Positions 48,600-60,850 of a stretch of 64,000 bases of DNA are shown in pieces. Where the stretch lies: NCBI RefSeq assembly GCF_006345805.1, contig NC_043002.1:109802001-109866000 (forward strand), written 5' to 3'. Made by a program: the position numbers and the translations under genes. A model generated the notes under the pieces. The model saw nothing but the letters and a program-made list of their open reading frames with translations, did no database searches and was not told the origin of the DNA. The DNA comes from Octopus sinensis (taxonomy: Eukaryota). The stretch's first letter is position 1. Every line of letters starts with the position of its first letter.

Positions 48600-49130
48600 A
48601 AGCAGTTGTCCAAAAATGTCATCTACCGTTGAGATATGATGTTGTAGCTAAGACACTCAGTAATGAGATCCATCGGAAGGATAACCCCGAGGACAAAGAA
48701 ATAAGAAATCACAGTATGGTGGAAGCTATAGTCACTCATAATAAAAAGGGGTACTGGTGGAATTTCTCAGTGGAAATCTGAATAAAATGTAAACACAGCA
48801 GACCTTATATAAGGGTTTAGGATAGAAAAGAGAAATTGTGTACAATTGTGGAAATCAGCTGCCTAGCGGATGTTAACATAAAGCTGAAGATGGGTGAAAA
48901 AGAGAATACCTACGCTGAAGTATTGAGAAATCTGCAGTTACTCTATCCAGATTACAAGTTCAGGTTTATACCTGTATTTTTATATGGCCTTGGCATATGT
49001 AACACACCGCCTAAATACCAATCTTGAGAAATTAGGCTTCTCAAAACCAGAAAGGAGACAGCTGATTCGAAGACTACAGATCTAATCCATCACTGGAACT
49101 GTAAACATTTTTTATAAAACTTTTCAGTTT
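48600..49130 (+). pseudogene. Second RLE-type LINE relic (different family)
   Basis: YWWN...KHSRP...IVEISCLADVNI...KENTYAEVLRNLQLLYPDYKFRFIP. Confidence 0.6.
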
Positions 49131-49139
49131 ATCTTTGAG

Positions 49140-49670
49140 TACGAGGTCTGATCAATAAGTATCCGGACTGTTGCCATAATAACAAAATCGAAAGCACGCA
49201 GAGAGAAGCCACATGGCAAAGACTGACCTTGAACTCTGCTGTGCATGCGCACTAAGTTTTAACGTCCTATCTCACTTCTGCTGTTTACAGCAGTACTTGG
49301 AAGGAAGGTGTGTATCGTGTGATCGTCGCATTGACCATGACAAAGTCGTTATAGCGATACCTATTTAGACTCCTACGCAAAGTTGCAGAAAGTGTATGGA
49401 GAGGAGTGTATGCGCCGCACACAAATGTACGAGTGGTTCAGATATTTTCAAGATGGCTGAAAATATGTCGATATTGACAAACGTCCCGGGAGATCCGCAG
49501 CCAGCAGAATCGAGGAAAACATCGCAGATGTGCGTGCAGCTGTGAGGGGAAATCGTCGAATCACCATCCGTGAGTTATGAGAGGGTGGACAGATTAGTTA
49601 CGGTTCAGTTCAGTCCATTATCTCTGAAGATTTGGGTATGAGACGCGTGTCTGCCAAGTTCGTGCCAAAA
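49140..49670 (+). mobile_element. Mariner transposon, 5' fragment
   Basis: TA+CGAGGTCTGATCAATAAGT mariner-type TIR; HTH region QKVYGEECMRRTQMYEWF...NRRITIRE...DLGMRRVSAKFVPK. Confidence 0.8.
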
Positions 49671-49944
49671 TATGTGACTGAAACAAGTAAAAGATAAAAG
49701 ATACATATGTGTGTGTGTGTGTGTTGTGTGTGTGTGTGTGTGTGGGAGAGTTTGTATATGAATGCGGACATACTTATGTGCGTATCTATGTATAAAGTAT
49801 GTATGTTTAGATGGGTGGTGTTTGTGCGTGGGTCCTAAATATTGATGATGTCATCAAAAACATCAAATTAACTCCGTTTCTTTTTTCTCTTCTCGTTTAT
49901 TTTCGAGCAAGTTGTGTAAGGTGACATTTCTGACACTTCCTGGT

Positions 49945-51180
49945 CATGCAGTGGTGGTGTTGGTGGTGGTGGTGGTGGCGGTAGTGGTGGTGGTGCTGGT
50001 GGTGGTTGTGGTGGTGGTTCTGTTGTTGTTGTTGTTGTGGTGGTGGTGGTGGTGGTGATGGTGAGGTGGTGTTGGTAGTGGTGGTTGTGGTGGCGGTAGT
50101 GGTGGCGGTAGTGGTGGTGGTGCTGGTGGTGGTTGTGGTGGTGGTTCTGTTGTTGTTATTGTTGTTGTGGTGGTGGTGGTGATGGTGAGGTGGTGTTGGT
50201 GGTGGTGGTGGTGGCGGTAGTGGACGTGTTGCTGGTGGTGGTTGTGGTGGTGATTCTGTTGTTATTGTTGTTGTAGTGGTGGTGGTGGTGGTGGTGGTGG
50301 TTGTGGTGGTACTGGTGGTGCTGCTGGTGCTGGCTGAGTAAATCGGGTGACAGTGTGCAGCGAGATGGTGGATGACAGGCTCGGATTGCAATGTGACTTT
50401 GTTTATGTTATTGTTGTTGCTGTTGTTGTTGAGGACATGGTGGTCAGTGGTGGATGGACAGAGCAATACTGTTGGATGTCATGGTTATTAGTGAGTGTAG
50501 GTTGCAGTGGACGTTTGGTGGTGCTTGGTGTAATTGTGGTGAATGGCGAGTAGTATAGGAGTGGTGAATAAGGGTAGAGGTGATATTGACTGGTAGTGAT
50601 GGTGGTGATGGTGATGGTGGTGATGGTGTGGTGATGGTGATGGTGGTGGTGGTGGTGGTGATGGTGGTGGTGGTGGTGGTGGTGGTGGACAAAAGCAATA
50701 GTAGTATCTGATATTTGGGGGGGGATGTAGTTGTGATGATGGTGGCAATGGTGGTAGGGGTGGTGATTGTGATTGTGGTGGTAGTAGCTGTGGTGGTGTT
50801 TAGCAAAGTGGTGGTGGTTGTGGTGATGTTGATACCGTTGCTGTTATTGTTGTTGTTGTTGCTGGTGGTGGCGGCGGTGGCGATGCTGGTGATGTTGGTA
50901 GTGGTGGTGGTGGTGGTTACATTGGTGGTGGTGATGGTGATGATGATGGTGATGGTGGTGGTGGCACTCGTGGTGGTGGTGATTGTGTCGCAGCGGTGGT
51001 CATGGCCTGGTGGGAGTAGGCTGAGGTGTGTTGCATGTTGTAACTGTGTTGTCGGTGTATGTGTTGATGGTGGTGGTATTGTGGTTGTGATGATGGTTGT
51101 TTTTGTTGTCGTATCGGTGGTAATAATTGTGGTGATGACAATAGTTATGATGGTGATGGCTATTATTGTATCGTGATTAC
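49945..51180. repeat. Long compound (GGT/GTT/GAT)n low-complexity tract
   Basis: Direct reading. Confidence 0.9.
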
Positions 51181-51641
51181 GCTATTTGATGGTTTGTTCT
51201 ATTAAACGCTATTGATTAATGCCTGGTTTCTTTTGTAGATCCCTTTGTGAGGTCTTCGTTTGCGTAGCGCTCGTCTATGTAGGGATATCACCACGCTAAC
51301 GTTTTGTATCCAAGTGAACGTTCTCTATCTCCACTTTAGTTCACGTGTCGTAAACTTCACGACTCTAACTGTTATAGAGGCCATATAAATACGACAGTAT
51401 TCCGACCGCTCACCAAAGTGTAATTCCAATAAAAATGGGAAAATATTAGTAAACTATATATATATATATATATATCAACAAATATGTACGAAGAAAATCA
51501 TATCCTTATTTTAGATCCCACCTTAAAAATCCAACACATTTTTCAGTTGTATTAACATATATGTATGTGTGTGTGTATGTATGTATGTATGTATGTATGT
51601 ATGTATGTATGTATGTATGTATGTATGTATGTATGTATGTA

Positions 51642-51854
51642 TACTCTTTTACTTGTTTCAGTCATTTGATGCGGCCATGCTGGAGCACCACCTTTAATCG
51701 AGCAACTCGACCCCGGGACTTATTCTTTTGTAAGCCCAGTACTTATTCTATCGGTCTCTTTTGCCGAACCGCTAGGTGACGGGGACATAAACACACCAGC
51801 ATCGGTTGTCAAGCAATGCTAGGGGAACAAACACAGACACACAAACACACACAC

Positions 51855-51890
<36 letters not shown>

Positions 51891-52043
51891 ATATATATAT
51901 ATATATATTATAATATATATATATATATTATAATATATATATATACATATATACGACGGGCTTCTTTCAGTTTCCGTCTACTAATCCACTTACAAGGACT
52001 GAACCCGGAACCATGTGGTTGGTAACAAACTACTTACCACAGA
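51642..52043 (-). mobile_element. SINE family A with internal deletion
   Basis: Lacks the aggctttggtc...gtggga segment. Confidence 0.85.
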
Positions 52044-52094
52044 CATATATATATATATATAATATATATATATATTATATATATATATTATATA

Positions 52095-52295
52095 TATATA
52101 TATATACATAGTGAGAATTTACAAAAACAAAAACAAAAACAAAATACGAAGGCGGCTGTGTAAACAACAAACGGGTGTATTAGTTTGACGCTCGGGAAGG
52201 TGAGAAAGTCTTTTACGTTTCGAGGTATGCTCTTCGACAGAAATGAACACAGAATTAAACAGGGAGAGAAAATAGGAAAAGGTTTAGTGGCTAGC
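52095..52295 (-). mobile_element. Penelope-like pLTR-derived repeat (hammerhead core mutated to CUGUCGA)
   Basis: Homologous to 10050-10195. Confidence 0.55.
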
Positions 52296-52594
52296 GATCT
52301 ATCATATATATATATGTATATATACTAGAGTAAGCACATAAATGTGAAGCAAAATGGAAATAGTGCTAGAATACCGGATGTAGAGTAATCTTAGATAACT
52401 GGTTATTTAAAAAAATCCGTTTGTTGAAAGGACCAATGAAACAAAACTAATTTCAAACGAGTATCTATTAATGTAATTGTATATTTATACATATAACATT
52501 ATTTTTGTTCCATTCTCAACCAAAACTATCCGACGAACGGGAACGTGAAACTCTGAGTAACAGCTTTTCTGATGTCTTTGCCGCTTTATTAATA

Positions 52595-52654
<60 letters not shown>

Positions 52655-53208
52655 ATACATACACACACATACAGAACATTATCAAAGTAATACAAATTGG
52701 TGTAATTTCAACTGAACATCTGAAAAGATTTTTAACAGTTAATAAACGATAGCAAAAACAAACGCTTAAATTAAGTTGAACTTAATATATTCATTTATTC
52801 AATGATTGTGGGATTTACCTATCATGCATGACGATTTACCTGGGATTAGTATTCTATTTAGATTTACTGGTATCTGATTGTTGGAACTTTAACCATATTC
52901 TTTTATGAGTGCTTAATCAACATCTGCACTTTTATTTTTGATCTATATATATGAAGATTTTTCATCCGTCTGGCTGTTTTTCTCTCTACAAAACAGAAAG
53001 TTACGTTGTGGAACAGTCATTTTAGCGAGTTGATTTTATTTATTTATGACCCGGCGAGATACATCAGCACCACCGGATGCTCCTGAACCAGTTTTTGAGT
53101 GTCCCACCCAAGAGGATTCGATGCTAGATGTGTCGAAACAATTGTTGTGATTAATAATAAATTTTCGTATATTCCATCTTCTCTCTTTCATTTGTTATAT
53201 ATATATAT

Positions 53209-53247
<39 letters not shown>

Positions 53248-53377
53248 GAGAGGTATGGTGTCAAGAAGACCCAAAGGTGTCAGGTAATGCTGAGTAAGTG
53301 CTATGGACAGACTATAGTTAAGCTCCAGGTACGGTGATTATACGAATGAGGAGCCCAGCGTAGGTCATATATTAGCA

Positions 53378-53414
<37 letters not shown>

Positions 53415-53423
53415 ATGTATAAT

Positions 53424-53629
53424 TAACAGAATGGGATTAAAAATCCAAGATATCAAAACATTTATAAAGAGACGGTCTTACAGCTTTTTCCTGGATATTT
53501 TATATATCCCTTCTCGCACTGTCTCTGATGAAGGGATAAATAAAATATCCCGGAAACAGCTGTAAGACCTCTTTATAAATGTTCTGAAGTCTTTCATAGC
53601 CTTGGATTTTTTAAAATCTCATTCTGTTA
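53424..53629. repeat. Head-to-head inverted pair of Penelope-like pLTR fragments
   Basis: 53424-53512 is the reverse complement of 53531-53629. Confidence 0.75.
53521..53568 (+). ncRNA. Type I hammerhead ribozyme motif
   Basis: GUCU-CUGAUGA-A-GGGAUA(AAUAAAA)UAUCCC-G-GAA-ACAGCUGU-A-AGAC: all three stems pair, palindromic stem III, GUA cleavage triplet. Confidence 0.75.
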
Positions 53630-53686
53630 GTGAAAGAAAGGTAGACAGTATATATATATATATATATATATACATGCATTCATATG

Positions 53687-54059
53687 TGGAAGGAAGACGA
53701 TGGGGGTTCCGGTTGATCCGAATCAACGGAACAGCCTGCTCGTGAAATTAACGTGTAAGTGGCTGAGCACTCCACAGACATGTGTACCCTTAACGTAGTT
53801 CTCGGGGATATTCAGCGTGACACAGAGAGTGACAAGGCCGGCCCCTTGAAATACAGGTACAACAGAAACAGGAAGTAAGGGTGAGAGAAAGTTGTGGTGA
53901 AAGAGTACAGCAGGGATCACCACCATCCCCCGCCGGAGCCTCGGGGAGCTTTAGGTGTTTTCGCTCAATAAACACTCACAACGCCCGGTCTGGGAATCGA
54001 AACCGCAATCCTATGACCGCGAGTCCGCTGCCCTAACCACTGGGCCATTGCGCCTCCAC
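53687..54059 (-). mobile_element. SINE family B with TSD
   Basis: TSD cattcatatgt at 53677-53687 and 54061-54071. Confidence 0.85.
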
Positions 54060-54369
54060 TCATTCATATGTATGCGCATATACATATATATGTAGATATA
54101 TAGATATATATATACTCTTAAACATACATACGTAGAGTCAGTTAAAATCGGGACAACAGCCAAAGCTCATGCGTTCAATTACGTAGCCAGTCACATATGG
54201 AGCTCTACACCTCTTACTTAAGCAACTTTACTATGGACTTTTGTTGTCAATGAATCTCTGGCCAACATTCACCCGTATTCATATTATCACCTCACAACGT
54301 ATCGATTCCATTCTAATAGATTTCATATGATTCGGTTACTCTTCTCGATTGTCTGCAACACGGCTCCTA

Positions 54370-54760
54370 TTTAGCAGCTCCTCCTTCCATTTCTCTCCGT
54401 TTCTTTCTTTCTCTCTTTTATTTCTTTCTTTCTTTTATTTCTTTCTCTCTTTTCTTTCCCTCTCTAATTCTGTCTGCACTCTCTTATCTTTTTCCTCTCT
54501 CTTTTCCTCCTTGTATTTCTCTCATTCTTGTTTTCTCCTCCTCAATATATTTCTTTCATTTTGCTCGTTTGTTTTCTCACTCTTCCTCACTCCTTCTCTC
54601 CTTCTCCTCTCTCTCTTTCTCTCTCTCCATTTCTTTCCTTCTATTGTATATTCCTCTCTATCTCTCTCTTTGTTTAATCCATTCTCTTCCTCCCGCTCAC
54701 TATATTCTCTCTCTTCCTCTATTTCTGTTTCCTCTCTTTCATTCCTTCTTTCTTCAGCTC
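54370..54760. repeat. Pyrimidine-rich (CT/CTT) low-complexity tract
   Basis: Direct reading. Confidence 0.85.
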
Positions 54761-54763
54761 TAC

Positions 54764-54837
54764 CATTCTGTTCCATCAAAAGAGAATCTACTGAAGAATT
54801 TCCCATTATGTTGCAAATTACAAATATTCTGGAATAT
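54764..54837 (-). CDS. Putative internal exon (74 bp, phase 2-1)
   Basis: attctag|A acceptor (alternative at 54828), G|gtagag weak donor; open frame YSRIFVICNIMGNSSVDSLLMEQN links the neighbouring exons in phase. Confidence 0.3.
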
Positions 54838-55060
54838 CTAGAATTATAGAACTGGAATTATGGATATTCGATTTATCAACAGGATTATTGATAAGTCTCA
54901 ATATCTCCAGATTTTTAGTGGAATTTTAGCAAGTTATTTTCGATATGTTCCATCTATCGTAAAATATTTGATTGACTTTGCTCTGACATAACCATGTCAT
55001 ATTATCCGGAAACAAGCAATGAAGAACAAAGAACTAATTGCCAAACACTAGTTTACTCAC

Positions 55061-55128
55061 TTCAATATTGTTCCGTCTCTAACAAAATGTTGAATCAAAT
55101 TTTCCCCAGAATGGCCACAGCATGTCAA
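55061..55128 (-). CDS. Putative internal exon (68 bp, phase 0-2)
   Basis: Strong acceptor tctttatttgctacag| and donor GAA|gtgagt; one open frame LTCCGHSGENLIQHFVRDGTIL. Confidence 0.45.
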
Positions 55129-55310
55129 CTGTAGCAAATAAAAGATCGTTGGTAAAAAGACTGATTCAACATACTGCCACTGCTGTTAAAGATTATACTT
55201 CACTGAAAGGATCTAATAAGACTGAAACATGTCTAGCGTTGTCAGTGTCCTGCTGAGATCAGATTTATTCACTACTGTATTGTTTACCTTTAATCTTAAT
55301 GGATTTTAAT

Positions 55311-55476
55311 TACCGTATTTACTCGTGTATAAGTTACATTATTTTTATGTTTGATTTTAACTGTAAAAACTGGGGTGCTCGGGGCTCGGGGTAAATCTAA
55401 AACTATGAAGGCGAAATATCGTATCAAGATTTAGCATTAAATTAGGGGTGCGATTTATACACGAATAAATACGATA
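55311..55476. mobile_element. Tc1/mariner(pogo)-type MITE
   Basis: TIRs taccgtatttactcgtgtataa / ttatacacgaataaatacgata with TA ends. Confidence 0.6.
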
Positions 55477-55679
55477 AATAAAATTCCAAGGTCATCTCTT
55501 TGTCTCTCTACACTATGACTAATGATTTAGATAATCAACCCACCTGTCCACAACAGGTGTAAATTTATTAAGCATCCACATCACAGAATTGTGTAATGTA
55601 TATCTGATAGAATTATATACCACTTAGAAATTGCATAACACACCTAAAGGTATGCAATTATATATTATACATGACATAG

Positions 55680-55892
55680 AAGGTGGCAAGTTGGCAGAAA
55701 CGTTAGCACGCCGGACGAAATGCTTAGTGGTTTTTCGTCTGCCGCTACGTTCTGAGTTCAAATTCCGCCGAGGTCGACTGTGCCTTTCATCCTTTCGGGG
55801 TCGATAAATTTAGTACCGGTTGTGTACTGGGGTCGATATAATCGACTTGACCCTTCCCCCAAAATTTCGGGCCTCGTGCCTATAGCAGAAAA
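55680..55892 (+). mobile_element. SINE family C variant
   Basis: Family C head and core. Confidence 0.8.
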
Positions 55893-55979
55893 TATTATAC
55901 ACTACATGGAATTATGCAATATATGCCAGTCAGAATTTTATGTTACAAATATATGCCAGGTAGAATTATACGTTCTAAT

Positions 55980-56352
55980 GTGGAGGCGCAATGGCCCAGT
56001 GGTTAGGGCAGCGGACTCGCGGTCATAGGATCGCGGTTTCGATTCCCAGACCGGGCGTTGTGAGTGTTTATTGAGCGAAAACACCTAAAGCTCCACGAGG
56101 CTCCGGCAGGGGATGGTGGTGATCCCTGCTGTACTCTTTCTCTCACTCTTACTTCCTGTTTCTGTTGTACCTGTATTTCAAAGGGCCGGCCTTGTCACTC
56201 TCTGTGTCACGCTGAATATCCCCGAGAACTACGTTAAGGGTACACGTGTCTGTGGAGTGCTCAGCCACTTACACGTTAATTTCACGAGCAGGCTGTTCCG
56301 TTGATTCGGATCAACCGGAACCCTCGTCGTCGTAACCGACGGAGTGCTTCCA
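55980..56352 (+). mobile_element. SINE family B with TSD
   Basis: TSD tatacgttctaa at 55967-55978 and 56357-56368. Confidence 0.9.
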
Positions 56353-56460
56353 TCCATATACGTTCTAAGCAAAGTAGAATTACATATTATACGTCACAGT
56401 ATTTGCCCATACTGGGGCACTCCATTTGTTACCTGTTTATTATATATATGGTGTTTGATA

Positions 56461-56874
56461 TACTCTTTTACACTTTTAGTTGTTTCAGTCATTTGACTGC
56501 GGCCATGCTGGAGCACCGCCTTTAATCGAGCAACTCGACCCCGGCACTTATTCTTTGTAAGCTCAGTACTTATTCTATCGGTCTCTTTTGCCGAACCGTT
56601 AAGTGACGGGGACATAAACACACCAGCATCGGTTGTCAAGCAATGCTAGGGGGACAAACACGGACACACAAACACACACACATATATATATTTATATATA
56701 CATATATACGACGGGCTTCTTTCAGTTTCCGTCTACCAAATGCACTCACAAGGCTTTTGTCGGCCCGGGGCTATAGCAGAAGACACTTGCCCAAGGTGCC
56801 ACGCAGTGGGACTGAACCCGGAACCATGTGGTTGGTAAACAAGCTACTTACCACACAGCCACTCCTGCGCCTAT
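56461..56874 (-). mobile_element. SINE family A
   Basis: Full length. Confidence 0.9.
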
Positions 56875-57123
56875 GGTACATGTTTATTATAAATGTACAA
56901 CCTGGGTTTTGAAATTAAAACTATTTCCATTTCCATTTAACCGTCTCAACAAGACAAAGTAATACCAACGTAAAAAATAACAACGAGAAGAAAAGTAATT
57001 ATTTTAAGCATAAAACTTGAACATTTGATGAAGTTAACAAATATTTCCGTACCAATGAAGCTTATTTGGAACATGTAATGCCTCTCGGTACCACTGTCAG
57101 GCAAAGATTACCAAAAACTGCCC

Positions 57124-57550
57124 ATAGGCGCAGGAGTGGCTGTGTGGTAAGTAGCTTGCTAACCAACCACATGGTTCCGGGTTCAGTCCCACTGCGTGGC
57201 ATCTTGGGCAAGTGTCTTCTGCTATAGCCCCGGGCCGACCAAAGCCTTGTGAGTGGATTTGGTAGACGGAAACTGAAAGAAGCCCGTCGCATATATGTAT
57301 ATGTATATATGTATGTGTGTGTGTGTGTGTTTATGTGTCTGTGTTTGTGCCCCTAGCATTGCTTGACAACCGATGCTGGTGTGTTTACGTCCCCGTCACT
57401 TAGCGGTTCGGCAAAAGAGACCGATAGAATAAGTACTGGGCTTACAAAGAATAAGTGCCGGGGTCGATTTGCTCGACTAAAGGCGGTGCTCCAGCATGGC
57501 CGCAGTCAAATGACTGAAACAAGTAAAAGAGTAAAAGACAGTAAAGAGTA
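57124..57550 (+). mobile_element. SINE family A
   Basis: Full length. Confidence 0.9.
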
Positions 57551-57949
57551 TAGTTTCCACACCGAAATGTGCCAATTAGTTCATTTACGTCAACAGCCTG
57601 CATTTGTCCGTTAACATCCTTGCTTTAACCCATCACAAATAATCTTTAAGCTGCTAATATGGAAATTGCACCAACACATCTGCATTGCTCTATTAGCATG
57701 GAGGTATGTGCGCGCCTTTGGGGTAGAAACGCTTGGAGGAAGAAAGGAATACATCCGTCTGTTCTGATGACAAACGAGAAATTAATGTGCCGTGCAAAAG
57801 CCGGGACACCAGTTTCAAAGCGTCGTAAAGAAATTTTATCAAAACTATGTCGGACAACAGCCAGTCATTCTATCTAGAATTTTCACTCCCTATATACACT
57901 CTGCCTTCATCGCCTACACACACATACACACGTGCCTACACACGTGCCT

Positions 57950-58007
<58 letters not shown>

Positions 58008-58010
<3 letters not shown>

Positions 58011-58226
58011 GAAACGTTAGCACGCCGGGCGAAATGCGTGGCCGTATTTCGTCTGCCGTTACGTTCTGGGTTCAAAATCCGCCGAGGTCGACTTTGCCTT
58101 TCATCCTTTCGGGGTCGATAAATTAAGTACCAGTTACGCACTGGGGTCGATATAATCGACTTAATACCTTTGTCTGTCCTTGTTTGTCCCCTCTGTGTTT
58201 AGCCCCTTGTGGGTAGTAAAGAAATA
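58008..58226 (+). mobile_element. SINE family C, monomer
   Basis: Head slightly truncated; ends gtaaagaaata. Confidence 0.85.
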
Positions 58227-58744
58227 TATATATATATATACATACATACACACAAATATACATACACACACACATATATATAGACACACACATATGTATT
58301 CACACACACATGAGTATGTCCGTGTATATATATATACGTGGGGTGTATGTATTTATATATATATATCTATGTGCGTATGTATATTTATTTGTGTGTGCGC
58401 TTATGTATATATGTGCGTCTATGTATATTTATTTTGTGTGTGCGCGTGTATGTACATATATTTGTGCGTGTGCGCATGCACGTATATATGTGTGTGTATG
58501 TATGTATTTATTACATATACACACACACATATACGTACACACATTTATATGTCCTGTACTTCAACTACTTCCAATGTTTATATCTTTCTACTCACTGCAC
58601 GAGGGTTCACATCTTTACACACATTTCCCTCGACAGTGAACGTTATATATATTTACACACACCATCAACTGTTTACATATTCGTATATATATTGTGTGCA
58701 TTTGTGTGTGAATATATACACATACATACATACATACATACATA

Positions 58745-59300
58745 CATGGTGGCTGCCCCCTCGTTATCGAGTATGGCAATTGCACGAAGCTTAATCGATG
58801 TAGTTGTCGTGCAATACCTGTGCAAGAAGATTTTTTTAAGTGAGGAAAGGCTGTGCACTGAGTCAATCCCACTCACTAAGCAACAGCAGCCATAATCTGA
58901 AAAGAAGAACAAGTCAACATCATCGGTAACCACTGAGTCGCAGGTTTTATGTCGGAGTTATCCCAGTTACCTGAGTTACCTTCTCCTAGAAGGATGCCCT
59001 AACAAAGGCTAGGAGTCCTTCACTCCCAATGGTTTAACCGCGCGATCGGGTATTCAGTCCGATTATTTCTATGTCCCCGCGCATGATACAGCCTTAAGAC
59101 ATTTATTGGATGGCCGTTGACTCTCAAGAGTTCCTCCGCCCTTTGATGGGTTTTGTTTTTCATCCCGCAGGGTGTCCAATAAACACCCTCCTCACCAAGC
59201 AAGCTTGGTGGGGGTTGCCGGTTTAGTCGCCGACGACCCGAACATGCAACAGGTTGTACTGGGTTACGTGTTACCAGTAGCACTCGAAAGTGACCTGACC
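58745..59300 (-). mobile_element. RTE-like non-autonomous element (5' UTR-derived) inserted in (CATA)n
   Basis: Minus-strand cctttgttagggcatccttctaggagaaggtaactc resembles RTE 5' UTR motifs; (CATA)n on both sides. Confidence 0.4.
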
Positions 59301-59302
59301 TC

Positions 59303-59333
<31 letters not shown>

Positions 59334-59339
59334 TACATA

Positions 59340-59391
<52 letters not shown>

Positions 59392-59393
59392 TA

Positions 59394-59428
<35 letters not shown>

Positions 59429-59721
59429 AATATATATATATATAAATACACGCACATACATGTGAGTGTGTGTGGTGTGTGTGTGTGCGCTGATTATATG
59501 AATTTTAAACTCATGTAGACCAGAGTGAAACTGTTTTTAAAAAAGTATATCTGACCCCTATCAAATGCGTTCAGTGTCTCTTTCTTTCGCTTGTCCAATG
59601 ACTCGTGTGTCTCTCGATATACACAAATATTCAGAGTTCGATGGGTAAATAGTCGCCATTTTATATTTTTTATATCGCGCATGCGTATTGTTTGGTTTTG
59701 ATTTTATCGACCACACAATAT

Positions 59722-60420
59722 AGTAGGGTCAGTTGGGCACCGTTTGTGAGAAAAACAGTAGCATGACACAATTCACTCAGCCACAGATTTGGAAACATGT
59801 TGTGTTACTTGGCATTCTCTCCAATACGAACATTTCAGGGTGTTTGGGTGTCAATCTGAGGACAGTGCATGTACCAAGTATGATAAAAATCAAACATCCA
59901 GTCAACATCATGGTGTTTGGCCTGATCACTAGTGATGGTGTCATCATGCCCCCATTCATATTCCCACATGGCCTCAGATTCAACACAAAGGCCTACATCA
60001 AGTGCCTGGAGGAGGTAGTGCTGCCCCTGGGTCAAGAGGGTGGCTGCTGGAAGACCCTATGTCTAGCAACAGGACTCTGCACCATACAACACAAGCAGGA
60101 GAACCCAGTCATGGTTGTTAGACAATTTCTGTGACTACATCAGCCCTAAATTCTGACCACCTAACTCCCCAGACTGCAACTCCCTTGATTATTATGTGTG
60201 GAGTGCAGTGTAGCGAGAGACCAACAAAACTCCTTGTAACACAAAAAATGAACTGAAGGCAAGGATTATGGCAGCATCCACCAACTGAAACAAGGAGACC
60301 GTCCAGAAGAGTTGCAGGAGATTCCGAAGTTGTCTGGAGGCCATGGATGAAGCCAATGGCGATTTTTATTGAATAAATTTACTCTTTAGTATTTCAATAT
60401 ATTTTTATGTAATTTTGATA
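59722..60420 (+). pseudogene. maT (DD37D) Tc1/mariner transposase relic
   Basis: HPVNIMVFG...QQDSAP...PPNSPDCNSLDY; exactly 37 residues between the second and third catalytic D; in-frame stops. Confidence 0.8.
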
Positions 60421-60425
60421 AATAT

Positions 60426-60850
60426 ATAGGCGCAGGAGTGGCTGTGTGGTAAGTAGCTTGCTAACCAACCACATGGTTCTGGGTTCAGTCCCACTGCGTG
60501 GCATCTTGGGCAAGTGTCTTCTGCTATAGCCCCGGGCCGACCAATGCCTTGTGAGTGGATTTGGTAGACGGAAACTGAAAGAAGCCTATCGTATATATGT
60601 ATATATATGTATATATATATATATGTGTATGTGTGTGTGTTTGTGTGTGTGTGTTTGTCCCCCTAGCATTGCTTGACAACCGATGCTGGTGTGTTTACGT
60701 CCCCGTCATTAGCGGTTCGGGAAAAGAGACCGATAGAATAAGTACAGGGCTTACAAAGAATAAGTCCCGGGGTCGATTTGCTCGACTAAAGGCGGTGCTC
60801 CAGCATGGCCGCAGTCAAATGACTGAAACAAGTAAAAGAGTAAAAGAGTA
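60426..60850 (+). mobile_element. SINE family A
   Basis: Full length. Confidence 0.9.

Noticed and set aside
52840-52985. Extra coding exon (strong acceptor ttctgttttgtag, donor cccag|gtaaat)
   Set aside because: Stops occur in all three frames between the sites.
59215-59300. HDV-like ribozyme at the RTE-like 5' end
   Set aside because: Could not assemble the P1/P1.1/P2/P3 nested pseudoknot by eye.
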